Source: Phycisphaerae bacterium
GTDB lineage: Bacteria > Planctomycetota > Phycisphaerae > UBA1845 > Fen-1342
Reading direction: 5' to 3'
Length of the DNA: 64,000 bases
Assembly: GCA_050115495.1 (NCBI GenBank)
Contig: JASFQK010000001.1
Coordinates: 64,001 to 128,000 of the forward strand
The position numbers and the translations under genes were made by a program. Shown here one piece after another: positions 30,176 through 39,308 of this stretch. Each line of letters begins with the position of its first letter. The first letter of the stretch is position 1. The notes below the pieces were generated by a model. The model ran no database searches and had not been told where the DNA came from. It saw nothing but the letters and a program-made list of their open reading frames with translations.

Positions 30176-31362
30176 TCCTTGGGCTCCTCGGGGTCCTGGT
30201 CGCTCTCGTCTACCGTCTCGTCCCCCTCCGGATCCGTCGCCGGCACGGCCACCGCCGGCGCCGACGAACTACCAAAGCTCTTGAACATGCGGCCGAGCAG
30301 ACTGCTCGCCGGCGTGGCCTTCTGCGGGGCCGGCACCGGGTTCGTCCCATCCGCCACCGCCGCCGTGGCCGGCGCGGCCACCGGCTGCGCGGGCGCAGGC
30401 GCCGGCACATAGCCGTCGCCCCTCGGCCAACCCTGGGCCGTGCCCGGGTTCCGTCCCTTGTCCTCAACCACGCGCTCGCGCGAATCCCGGTTCTTGAACC
30501 GCACCACTTGCAGCTCACCCCCACGCCACTCGTAGACCACCCACTCCGGCTCCACCGGCGGCGCCGCCACCGGCTCGGGCGTCGGCTCAACCGCCACCAC
30601 CGCCGGCGTCACTTCCACGACCTGCGGTTCCTCCGGCTCTTCCGGGCGCCGCCCTTCCCGTACCTCCTCCGCGGTGATCGGCCGCGACTCCCCCATCGAC
30701 TCGCCGTCGTCCTCACCGCGCATGCTCAGCTTGATCTTCCCCGTCTGCTCCGCCATCAGCAGCACCGGCACCTTGTCCGGCTTGACCAACAGCGTCACGG
30801 CCCGCGTCGGCCGCGTCGACTTCTCTTCGCCTTCGGCCGTCACGACGCTGAGCCGCGCCCCCACCGCCGCCACCTCGACGTCCTCGAGCACCGTGCGGGC
30901 CACCGTCTCGTCGCGCCCGCCGACGCGCAGCTTGAAGTACCCCACCACGTCCACGTGACAGCCGGGCTCGAGGTGATAGTCCACACCCGAGCTCTCATCG
31001 ATCTTCACCGCCACGGCCCGATAGCCGGTCGGCACGTGCACACCCGCGGGCTGACCCTCGGGCAATAGCATGTTCTCCAGAACCGGAAGCCCCGCCGGCG
31101 CGTCCATCCGCGGCACACGCCCCAACAGCTTGTCCTTCTCCGTGAAAGCCCCGGTCGGCACCAGCTTCGCCGGGAACGACACCGCGCTGAGCATCTCCTC
31201 GGAGATCCGGCTGCCCCGCGGAATGTCCTGCTGGGCCGCCCAGACCTGTTTCGTTGCTGCCGGCGTTCCCTTCGCCTTCTGCAACGTATCCAGACCCATC
31301 TTCAGCGCAAAACCACCAATGGCCAGGCCGGCAACCAGCGGGATGAGTGCCTTCACGTTCAT
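30172..31362 (-). CDS. cpaB: Flp pilus assembly protein CpaB/RcpC
   Basis: SAF-like region, GYRAVAVKID, LEPGCHVDV, TVLEDVEVAAVG, AVTLLV. Confidence 0.88.
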   Translation of the reverse strand: MNVKALIPLVAGLAIGGFALKMGLDTLQKAKGTPAATKQVWAAQQDIPRGSRISEEMLSAVSFPAKLVPTGAFTEKDKLLGRVPRMDAPAGLPVLENMLLPEGQPAGVHVPTGYRAVAVKIDESSGVDYHLEPGCHVDVVGYFKLRVGGRDETVARTVLEDVEVAAVGARLSVVTAEGEEKSTRPTRAVTLLVKPDKVPVLLMAEQTGKIKLSMRGEDDGESMGESRPITAEEVREGRRPEEPEEPQVVEVTPAVVAVEPTPEPVAAPPVEPEWVVYEWRGGELQVVRFKNRDSRERVVEDKGRNPGTAQGWPRGDGYVPAPAPAQPVAAPATAAVADGTNPVPAPQKATPASSLLGRMFKSFGSSSAPAVAVPATDPEGDETVDESDQDPEEPKE

Positions 31363-31564
31363 CGCTACCGTCCTTCGTACCCGATACTGGGCGCGCGCTC
31401 GGGCCGTCTCACCGCTGGAGACGGCCACCGTCCGATTCCCGGCGCGAACGTCCGCGCCGTTGCGAGCTCCTCGCCCCGCACCTGCGGCCGGGGCCGGCAA
31501 CTCCGCTCACCCTGTATCATCGTCTAGAGAGCGACCGGCCTTATTTTCTGGGGCGGTCCCCCGC

Positions 31565-31978
31565 TTAACCGCCCAGAGCCTCCTTCCTCATTGAGCACGT
31601 GGCCCCCAGGTCGTAATCCGTGCTCCCGAAGAAGCTGCCGATCAAAGTCACGTCCGCATAAGGAATCGTGACGTGCACCGTTTCCGTCGGATCCTGCGGC
31701 GTTGAACGGGTCAGTTCCAGGTTATAGGTCGACAGACCCATCGGCGTCAGGTAGTTCGCCACCCGCTCCTGAACGTCCTCTTCCGTCGAACCCGGCAGTG
31801 CCGCCGTCCGGGCGCCCTCACGGGCGGCCGTCACGAGCGCCTGCTTCACCGAGAAGACCCAGCCATACTCGATGATGCCGAACAGCATCGTCAGCAGTAG
31901 CGGCGTTACAACGGCCAGTTCCACCGTCGCCGCCGCCCAGCGCTGCTTCTTTCCCTTTCTGCGTATCACGACAACCAC
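31565..31978 (-). CDS. tadE: TadE-like pseudopilin
   Basis: AATVELAVVTPLLLTMLFGIIEYG...AAREGARTA. Confidence 0.88.
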   Translation of the reverse strand: MVVVIRRKGKKQRWAAATVELAVVTPLLLTMLFGIIEYGWVFSVKQALVTAAREGARTAALPGSTEEDVQERVANYLTPMGLSTYNLELTRSTPQDPTETVHVTIPYADVTLIGSFFGSTDYDLGATCSMRKEALGG

Positions 31979-32523
31979 CCTCCGAAGTAGTAGGTCAGCA
32001 GAACTCCAATCGTGCCCACGGTCAGCGGCACGCCGTACGGCAGAAGCTGGCTGGTCACCCCAAACGTTCGTGCCCCGCCATACTCACCGAAGGCCGTGTC
32101 CAGCCGACGGACCTTCTCCAGAATCGTCTGCATGTTCGTCAGGGCATGCACGGTCCGGCCCGTCGCCGTGATCATCACCACCGCGACCACACCGCCGATA
32201 ATCGCGCCCGCCGCGAAGCTGATCAGCGTCAGCCACGGCCCCAGCCACACCCCGATCGCCATCATCAGCTTCACGTCGCCCGCACCCATGCCGTGCATCA
32301 GCCAGGGCACGATCAGCACCGCGAAGCCCACGAGCAGACCCAGTGCCCCCACGCCCAATCCTCCCCAGCCATGGTAAATCGCCTGGACGGTGAAGCCCGC
32401 CACAGCGATGGCGGCGTTCAGCCAGTTCGGCACCCGTCGCTGCGCGTAGTCAATCCACGACGCATACAGAATGCCCGGAACCAGCAGCGCCAGCGTGATT
32501 TCCCAGTAGCCAACGTTCGTCAT
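31966..32523 (-). CDS. cpaA: Prepilin peptidase CpaA/TadV (A24 family)
   Basis: IDYAQRRVPNW, MGAGDVKL, LPYGVPL. Confidence 0.9.
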   Translation of the reverse strand: MTNVGYWEITLALLVPGILYASWIDYAQRRVPNWLNAAIAVAGFTVQAIYHGWGGLGVGALGLLVGFAVLIVPWLMHGMGAGDVKLMMAIGVWLGPWLTLISFAAGAIIGGVVAVVMITATGRTVHALTNMQTILEKVRRLDTAFGEYGGARTFGVTSQLLPYGVPLTVGTIGVLLTYYFGGWLS

Positions 32524-32611
32524 ACCGGCTGCTCCAGTCGTGTCCCATCGGAAATGGGGTCGCGGCAGGCCGCGGCCCTTCCCTTTCATCGGTCCTTCGG
32601 AAGCTGCGGAG

Positions 32612-32659
32612 AAAAAACACGCGGACGGCGGCGAGCCGCTTGCGACCGCCGCCGTCCGC
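32612..32659 (-). terminator. Rho-independent terminator or stabilising hairpin after flp
   Basis: 13-bp stem GCGGACGGCGGCG/CGCCGCCGTCCGC, followed on the minus strand by GTGTTTTTT. Confidence 0.7.
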
Positions 32660-32690
32660 TGGCTTTCAATAGCGACGACGTCGCCGCCGT

Positions 32691-32864
32691 TTACGTACCG
32701 TCGGGCAGCGCGGTCTCAACGTTGCTGAAGATGGTGCTGACCTTGTTGCCCAGCAGGGTAATCGCCGCCAGGGCAACAATGATGATCAGGGCGAGCATGA
32801 CCGCGTACTCAGTCGCGGTCGGGCCGTCTTCGTTGACCAGGAAACTCTTGATGCGATTCATCAT
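32691..32864 (-). CDS. flp: Flp family type IVb pilin
   Basis: MMNRIKSFLVNEDGPTATEYAVMLALIIIVALAAITLLG; AAGGAG RBS. Confidence 0.93.
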   Translation of the reverse strand: MMNRIKSFLVNEDGPTATEYAVMLALIIIVALAAITLLGNKVSTIFSNVETALPDGT

Positions 32865-33209
32865 GGACTTCTCCTTCCTTTCGCGTGCTTGCGGCAAGAC
32901 AACCCTGCCAGGTTCCACCGCTTCCCTGCCAAACCTGCCGCTTTTCCGCTTCCCACTCCGGACAGCACTGGCAGGAACGCCCTGCCATGTGGATTTCGCT
33001 CGCGTGCCTCGAACGGCAAATGATGCCCCCATTGCTTCTCCACCCCGGCCTTCGCGCCGGTCAGCAGACACCCGAAATGTTCAAAACGGTGTCAGCCTGG
33101 GCAAGTCCGCCCCGAAATTTGGACCGGCAAATTCAAACCCCCCGCCACCCCTTTCCACTCCAGGGGCGATAACCCGCGCAAACCACCCGTTGGAGAATGC
33201 CCCCGCGCC

Positions 33210-34730
33210 CTAGACCTGCGCCGCGAGCGCCCGCCGCATCACCTCCCGCGGCGCCGTCTGACCATGCCACAACCCAAACTGCCCCGCCGCCTGCCCGATA
33301 AACAGCGCCTCACCCCCAACCACCCGCGCCCCCGCCGCCCGCGCCTCGCGCAACAACCGCGTTTCCGCCGGCGTGTACACCGCGTCCACCACCACCATAT
33401 TCGGACCGAGCGCCGCCGCCGGCATCGGCGACGCCTCCACCGCCGGCGTCATCCCCACACTAGTACAGTTAATAGCGACATCCGCCCCGCGCGTCGTCCG
33501 CGACGACCACTCGCCCCAGTCACAACCGAGTTCTCGGGCCAACGCCTCCGCCCGCACCGCCGTCCGGTTATACACCGTCACCTGCCCCCCATCCGCGAGC
33601 ACCGCGCTCACCACCGCCCGCGCCACGCCACCCGCCCCCAAAACCGCCACGCGCCTGCCCGCTGCAACGACGCTCGCTCCCGCCAGCGCCGCACGCACGC
33701 CGGCCACATCGGTGTTGTCCCCCGCCCAGCCGCCTTCCGTCCACGTCAAAGTATTTGCCGCCCCCGCCCGCTGGGCCGCCTCAATGACCGATAACCCGCG
33801 TTCGAGCAGCCACCGCCGGGCGTGCTCCTTGTGTGGTACCGTCACGCTCAGACCGCGCACGCCCAACTCCGCGTGCGCGTCTAGATAATCAAGAAGGGCC
33901 GCCAGGTCCTCGTACGTCGGTCGCACCGGCATGGGCACATACACCCCGTCGATCCCGCACGCCGCCATCGCCGCATTGTGCACGTGCGGACTGCGCGAAT
34001 GCGCCACCGGCCAACCGACGACGCCATACACGGCTGTATCCGCGCCAATCTCGTCCCACCGGTACAGCGTCCGCAGCTCCTCGACCGTCGGCTGTCCCGG
34101 CGCCGACTCCGCCCCGCGCCGCCCGCTGGCAAACGTCAGGAACGCGCCGAACTTCTTCGCCAGCACCCGGCTGGCCAGACCAGCCTCGCCCATCGTCAGC
34201 GCGATCACGTCCCGCCGCGCCGCATGCCGCCGCACGAACGCCAGCACCCGCCACGCGTCCGTCACATCCCCCGCCCGAAACACCAGCTTCACCACATCCG
34301 CCGACGAGGCCAGCAGCGGCGCCGCCTGCGCCTCCAGATCCGCCGGCGTTTCCCGCCAGTCGTGATGCGACAGGATCAGCCGATTCGCCCCGCCGGCGCG
34401 CAGCGGCTCCCACAATGCCGCGTTCTGCGCCCAACTGGCGTATTCCACGTCCACGAACCCCGGCCGCGCCGCCGCCAGCCGCCCCAGCCGCGCCGCCCGC
34501 TCCGCATCCGTCTCCTCACAAGCTCCCCCCTCCCCAGCGGTGCGCAGCGTCAGAATCATCGGCAGCAGCCGCGGCCCGCGCAGCAGCTCTGCCACGGCCG
34601 CATCATCCCCCAGCAAGTCCAGCCGCAACTCAACCAGATCCGCCCCCGCCGACGCCGCGGCCTCCACCTGCTCCGCCAGTGGCGGATCCACGCCCACCAC
34701 CGGCACCGCCACCAACGTCCGCCCAGACAT
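33210..34730 (-). CDS. aroDE: Bifunctional type I 3-dehydroquinate dehydratase / shikimate dehydrogenase
   Basis: ADLVELRLD, ILSHHDW, SAPGQ; then HSRSP, SVTVPHK, AANTL, DNTD, LGAGGVARA, INCTSVGM. Confidence 0.92.
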   Translation of the reverse strand: MSGRTLVAVPVVGVDPPLAEQVEAAASAGADLVELRLDLLGDDAAVAELLRGPRLLPMILTLRTAGEGGACEETDAERAARLGRLAAARPGFVDVEYASWAQNAALWEPLRAGGANRLILSHHDWRETPADLEAQAAPLLASSADVVKLVFRAGDVTDAWRVLAFVRRHAARRDVIALTMGEAGLASRVLAKKFGAFLTFASGRRGAESAPGQPTVEELRTLYRWDEIGADTAVYGVVGWPVAHSRSPHVHNAAMAACGIDGVYVPMPVRPTYEDLAALLDYLDAHAELGVRGLSVTVPHKEHARRWLLERGLSVIEAAQRAGAANTLTWTEGGWAGDNTDVAGVRAALAGASVVAAGRRVAVLGAGGVARAVVSAVLADGGQVTVYNRTAVRAEALARELGCDWGEWSSRTTRGADVAINCTSVGMTPAVEASPMPAAALGPNMVVVDAVYTPAETRLLREARAAGARVVGGEALFIGQAAGQFGLWHGQTAPREVMRRALAAQV

Positions 34731-34803
34731 GCCAACCTCTCTACTGCTCAACTCTCTCGCGCAGCGTGCCTCCGGTCGCTCTCTCGCCAGCACTGCTCAC
34801 AGT

Positions 34804-34926
34804 GTGCCACTGCTCTTGAGCAGTGCTCTTCGTCCGCCGCAAGAACAAACAGACCTCGGCAACCGACGGCCGACACGGAGGTCGGCCGCTACCAGACGGG
34901 TGCCACTGGTGGCTTGCCCACCAGTG
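34804..34926. repeat. Cluster of REP-like palindromes
   Basis: GTGCCACTGCTCTTGAGCAGTG (34804), reverse GTAGCGGCCGACCTCCGTGTCGGCCG (34867-34892), GGTGCCACTGGTGGCTTGCCCACCAGTG (34899); related copies at 44142, 59837 and 61191. Confidence 0.7.
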
Positions 34927-34942
34927 CCCCTCGTCCACCAAC

Positions 34943-35548
34943 CTACAGGCCTTCGAGCAACGTCGCCGGCCGCGTCTGCAGCGCCGCACACACCCGCGCG
35001 AACGTCCACGTCGTCGTGCCCGTCTTGCCCGTCTCGATCTGTGAGAGTTGGGCCGGGCTCAGCCCGCTGGCCGCCGCCACGTCGTTCAGTGTCCGTTGCG
35101 CCGCCGTCCGCGCCTCGCGCAGCAGCGCCCCCAGGCGTTGGTTGTACTCCTCCTCGGTACGCACCGCGACGCCCATCTGCACCAGCAGGCGTTCGAGCGC
35201 CGCCAGCACGGTCGGTCGCTGGATAGGCTTCTCCAGGATATCTCGCGCCCCGGCCCGCACGGCGGCGATCACGTGCGACACCTCGGGGAACGCGGCCATG
35301 ACGATGACCTCTGTCCGTGGCGAAACGCGCCGCAATTCCGCAATCAACGCCGGCGCATCCGTCTCCGGCAAGCGCAGGTCCACCAGGGCCAACGGCGCGA
35401 ACACCCGCCCCGCATACTCCACCGCCGCCGCCGCCGTCGTAAACGGCACGACGTCGTACGCCGCCTCCGTCAGCCACGCCCCCACCTTCCGGCACACCTT
35501 GTCGTCGTCGTCGACCAGCAGCACCCGGACAGGTATCAAATGAATCAT
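34943..35548 (-). CDS. Response regulator with C-terminal XRE HTH domain
   Basis: VLLVDDD, LVDLRLP, ILEKPI; LREAR...LNDVAAASGLSPAQLSQIETGK. Confidence 0.85.
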   Translation of the reverse strand: MIHLIPVRVLLVDDDDKVCRKVGAWLTEAAYDVVPFTTAAAAVEYAGRVFAPLALVDLRLPETDAPALIAELRRVSPRTEVIVMAAFPEVSHVIAAVRAGARDILEKPIQRPTVLAALERLLVQMGVAVRTEEEYNQRLGALLREARTAAQRTLNDVAAASGLSPAQLSQIETGKTGTTTWTFARVCAALQTRPATLLEGL

Positions 35549-35835
35549 GGCGTCATTGTCCCTGGCTGTGGCCCCCGGTCCAGGGAGGGCTCCGCTGCGG
35601 TCTGCTCCGCCCCCGGATCGCCCCCCGGCTCTTCATAGGTGAACACCTCGTCCACCCGCCGGCCGAAGACGCGGGCAATGCGGAAGGCCAGGGCGAGTGA
35701 CGGGACGTGCCGGCCGGCCTCGATCGCCAGGATCGTCTGCCGCGTCACGCCCACCCGCCGAGCGAGCTCGTGCTGCGTCATCTCCCCCGTTTCGAACCGC
35801 AGCCGCCGCACGCCGTTACCAATCCCGGCCGCCAA
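35545..35835 (-). CDS. Small XRE family transcriptional regulator
   Basis: MTQHELARRVGVTRQTILAIEAGRHVPSLALAFRIARVF; probable TTG start after GAGGAGG. Confidence 0.85.
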   Translation of the reverse strand: MAAGIGNGVRRLRFETGEMTQHELARRVGVTRQTILAIEAGRHVPSLALAFRIARVFGRRVDEVFTYEEPGGDPGAEQTAAEPSLDRGPQPGTMTP

Positions 35836-35887
35836 TCGCCACCTCCTCACCGCCGCCTCGCACGCCGAGAGCGGCCTTCACGGCCAA

Positions 35888-35929
35888 AAAGTAAAATATA
35901 CTTTACTTTATGTCTAGTACATTTTACAT
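35888..35929. promoter_or_regulatory. Tandem palindromic operator boxes in a divergent promoter
   Basis: AAAGTAAAATATACTTTACTTT and GTCTAGTACATTTTAC, 21 bp apart; AT-rich island in GC-rich DNA. Confidence 0.6.
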
Positions 35930-36108
35930 TTTCGGCCCGCGGCCGGCCGCGCCTGTCAGGACTTGTCCACCGGCGCAGGAAGTGCCCCAGGGGTGCAGCC
36001 GCCGTAGACACTGCATGTACAATAGAGGGGTTTACCGGACTGACGGCGTCGGCAGGGCTGCACAGGGGCGGCCCCGGCCGGCCAGGCGACCGTATGAAGG
36101 AGTCCCGC

Positions 36109-37200
36109 ATGACCCGCGTCGCCCTTCTGGCGTTGTTTGTCATCGCGCTGCTGGTGGCCCCCAGCGCCACCGCCCAGATCTACGACGAGGAAGAGGACCA
36201 GCCCGCCAAGCGCCACGAGCCGTATCCCGACGGCCCCTGGCCCACCCAGAAGATGATGGAGCTCGTCATCGACCGCTTCACCGAGGAGGTCGGCCACTCC
36301 CTCAATCTCGACGAGGACCAGCTCTACAACATGCGCGAGATCTACAAGGAGCGCGTGCCCACTTGGCTGAACGACAATCGGGCCGCCGTCCAGACCGTGT
36401 TCAACCAATATCTCGAGACACTGCTGGAGCGCGACGCCCCCGACCCGCTCGACGTGGCCGACTGGGCCACCCGGGCCAAGCCGCTCCTCGAAGAATTCAG
36501 CGGTCTGATCAGTGACACGGTCGTCGACATGGAGCCCTACCTCACCGAAGAGCAACAACTCATGTACGAAGCCCAGATGGCCTCGTTCCAGAGCGCCACC
36601 GGCTACCTCAGCCACCGGCTCGAAGGCTGGAGCGAGGGCAACTTCGATGCGGAAACCGAATGGCACCGCAGCCCGAACTTCGGGGCCGCGGAAAGCCAAC
36701 GCCTGCACGATTATCACAACCAACAGGCGCAGGCCCGGGGCGAAGTGCTCGGCTACGACGAACAGGCGGCCGGCGGCGCGGGGCCGGTCGGGCAGCAGCC
36801 GAAGACCGAGCCACGCACCGCAAACCCCAAGGTCGCCGCAGCCGCCGACGAGTATGCCCGCTACGTCGAGAGTTTCATCCGCCGCTACCAGTTGAACGAG
36901 GACCAGCAGGCCCAGGCGGCCAAGTACCTCACCATGGCACAGGAGGGACGCGACAAGTACCTCCGCCGTAGCGGTGATCGCCTCGCCGCCGCCCGCGCCC
37001 GCGTGCAGGCCGCCACCGACGAACGAACCCGAGCAGCCGCTCAGCAGGCCTGCGCGCAGCTCGAACGCCCGCTGAAGCGGTATTTCCAGCAACTGAAGGA
37101 CCGGTTGAACAAGCTACCTACATCGGCCCAGCGCTTGGCCGCCGGGCAACGTGGCCTCGACCGTGACGACGCGGCCGTGGAGAAGGCCAGCGGACCCTGA
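36109..37200 (+). CDS. Secreted helical hypothetical protein (paralog 1)
   Basis: Signal peptide ending ATA-Q; AAGGAG RBS; shares motifs with 37262..38401. Confidence 0.8.
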   Translation: MTRVALLALFVIALLVAPSATAQIYDEEEDQPAKRHEPYPDGPWPTQKMMELVIDRFTEEVGHSLNLDEDQLYNMREIYKERVPTWLNDNRAAVQTVFNQYLETLLERDAPDPLDVADWATRAKPLLEEFSGLISDTVVDMEPYLTEEQQLMYEAQMASFQSATGYLSHRLEGWSEGNFDAETEWHRSPNFGAAESQRLHDYHNQQAQARGEVLGYDEQAAGGAGPVGQQPKTEPRTANPKVAAAADEYARYVESFIRRYQLNEDQQAQAAKYLTMAQEGRDKYLRRSGDRLAAARARVQAATDERTRAAAQQACAQLERPLKRYFQQLKDRLNKLPTSAQRLAAGQRGLDRDDAAVEKASGP

Positions 37201-37261
37201 GCGCCCGCCACACCCGTCGCTCCCGCCCGTTGACCACGACAGCCCCTGGAGGACACGCAAC

Positions 37262-38401
37262 ATGAGCCGCATCAGCATTCTGGCCCTGTTGAGCCTGCTC
37301 GGCCTGGCGCTCGCGCCGGTTCGCGCCCAGAATTACATGGACGAAGACCAGGACCGGCCCACCCGCCGCGAGGCCGTCCCGAGCGCCGGCCTCTTCCCGA
37401 CGCAGAGGATGATGGAGCTGTTCATCGATCGCCTCGTCGAGGATGACCTAGCCGACACGTACGGTCTTGACGAAGACCAGATCTACAACGTCCAGGACAC
37501 CCTCCGTGGCCGCTTCCCCGCCTGGCTCCAGGAGCATCGCGGCGAGATCATGCAGTTGAGCAACGAGTACTTCGAGGCCCTGCTCAACAACGAGCCCCCG
37601 AGCGCCGAACAGGTCGCCGTCTGGGCCCAGCGCGTCCTGCCGCTGATGGACGGGTTCATGGACCAGTTCGAGGGCTCGGCCGAGGACATGCGCCAGTTCC
37701 TGACCGACGACCAGCAGATCATCATGGACGGCCAGTTGGCCGCCTTCCGCGTGGGCATGAACTTCATGACGCAACGGGTCGGCGAGTGGAGCGAGGGCGG
37801 CTTCGACCCGGAGATCCACTGGATCCACAACGCGTCGGCGCAGCAGTACCAGCGTGATCAGGAAGTCCATATGCAGCAGCAGATGGACGAGGCCAAGCGC
37901 GAGGCGATGGGCGAAGCCGCGTACCAGGAATTCGAAGTCATCCGTGTGCAGCAACGCCACGCAGACCGGACCGCCACACCCCGTCCGGCGAACGACCCCA
38001 AGCTGCCCCAGGATGAATGGACGCGCTACACCGAGGACTTCATCCGCCGGTACGACCTGAACCAGGACCAGCAGAACCAGGCCCACCGCATCCTGTTCGC
38101 GCTCCAGGAGCAGCGCAACAACTACCTCCGCCGCGAGACGGTCCGCAAGCGCATCGACGAAGCCGAGAAGCTGCTCAAAGCCGCCGAGACCGACGAGCAG
38201 CGGGCTCAGGCTCAGGCCACGGTCGAGAGCCTCAAGCGCCCGCTCGAGCGCATGTTCAAGTCGCTCAAGGAGCGTCTGGACAAGCTGCCCACCCGCGCCC
38301 AGCGCGCCGCCGTCCTCGCCAAGGAAAAGGAAAAGTCCCCGACCACCCAGCCCGCCGACGACGAAACGGGCGCAAAAAGAGAGAGTCCGAGCTCGCCGTA
38401 A
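37262..38401 (+). CDS. Secreted helical hypothetical protein (paralog 2)
   Basis: Signal peptide ending VRA-Q; GGAGG RBS; shares motifs with 36109..37200. Confidence 0.8.
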   Translation: MSRISILALLSLLGLALAPVRAQNYMDEDQDRPTRREAVPSAGLFPTQRMMELFIDRLVEDDLADTYGLDEDQIYNVQDTLRGRFPAWLQEHRGEIMQLSNEYFEALLNNEPPSAEQVAVWAQRVLPLMDGFMDQFEGSAEDMRQFLTDDQQIIMDGQLAAFRVGMNFMTQRVGEWSEGGFDPEIHWIHNASAQQYQRDQEVHMQQQMDEAKREAMGEAAYQEFEVIRVQQRHADRTATPRPANDPKLPQDEWTRYTEDFIRRYDLNQDQQNQAHRILFALQEQRNNYLRRETVRKRIDEAEKLLKAAETDEQRAQAQATVESLKRPLERMFKSLKERLDKLPTRAQRAAVLAKEKEKSPTTQPADDETGAKRESPSSP

Positions 38402-38584
38402 CTCGGACCCTCAAGCCAGGCTGTCCGCTCGTCGGAGCGGAGACCCACAGCCTCAACCAACGTATCGTTCGCCGCCGCCCGGGCCTTCACGAAGCCGGCC
38501 AAGGCGGCCCGTCGGCTTGTCAGCCGGCTGGCGACAGCACCGACGCCGACCTTTTCTCGGCCCCCGCGGCGCGGCTGGTTCCGA

Positions 38585-39247
38585 TTACGGACAATCGAAC
38601 TGGCTGTACACCCGCCGATCGTAGCCGTCGGTCCCATCATCGGACGCCGCTTCGTCCTCGGCCCGCACGCGCAGCTTGTCCCCGCTGAGCGTCATCCAGT
38701 AAGTGCGCTCCCGGCCCTCGTCTCCCGCCGCCAGCGTCTCCGTGTGAATCTGCCCGGTGTACGGGTCGAAGTACACGACCGTGTCCCAGGTCACCTGGAT
38801 CCGCTGCGTGTCGAGCACCGTGTACGTACCTTCATACGACGCGAAGATCGACAGCTCCGTGCTGAGCGCATCCTGGTAGATCTGGTACGCCGCCGCTCCC
38901 GTCGCCGCGTCGAACTGAAACGCCTCGTACCCGTTGAGCACGGGCGTGCCGGTGGTCGCCCCGGCCGCCGGCTCCGTCGTCAGCACGTAGTATGTGCCCC
39001 AGCAGCTGTCGAGGCCGTTCAGGTCGTCCATCTCGGTGCCCGCCGCCACCTCCGCCAGCGCGTCGTTCCCGGCCTCCGCGAACGTCGTCCGATTCGTCTC
39101 CACGTACGCGACCGCCTGCGGCAGCGCGCTCGCGGGAACGCGGTACGTCTGCGCCGCACTATCCGAGTTCACACAACCCGCCAGTACCGCCAGGCCACCG
39201 GCAGCCACCAGAATCCACGTGTAACGGCGATTGGCCATAGCCACCAT
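38585..39247 (-). CDS. Hypothetical lipoprotein
   Basis: Lipobox LAVLAGC; AAGGAG RBS; beta-rich mature part. Confidence 0.7.
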   Translation of the reverse strand: MVAMANRRYTWILVAAGGLAVLAGCVNSDSAAQTYRVPASALPQAVAYVETNRTTFAEAGNDALAEVAAGTEMDDLNGLDSCWGTYYVLTTEPAAGATTGTPVLNGYEAFQFDAATGAAAYQIYQDALSTELSIFASYEGTYTVLDTQRIQVTWDTVVYFDPYTGQIHTETLAAGDEGRERTYWMTLSGDKLRVRAEDEAASDDGTDGYDRRVYSQFDCP

Positions 39248-39308
39248 GAATCTCCTTCTCACAAGCCCACGTCTCCGGTCCCGGCCGCGTCAACGGCCAC
39301 TGCTTCGC

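Noticed and set aside
33014..33034. Sigma54 promoter for flp
   Set aside because: GG-N10-GC spacing can be forced, but the TGGCAC context is missing.
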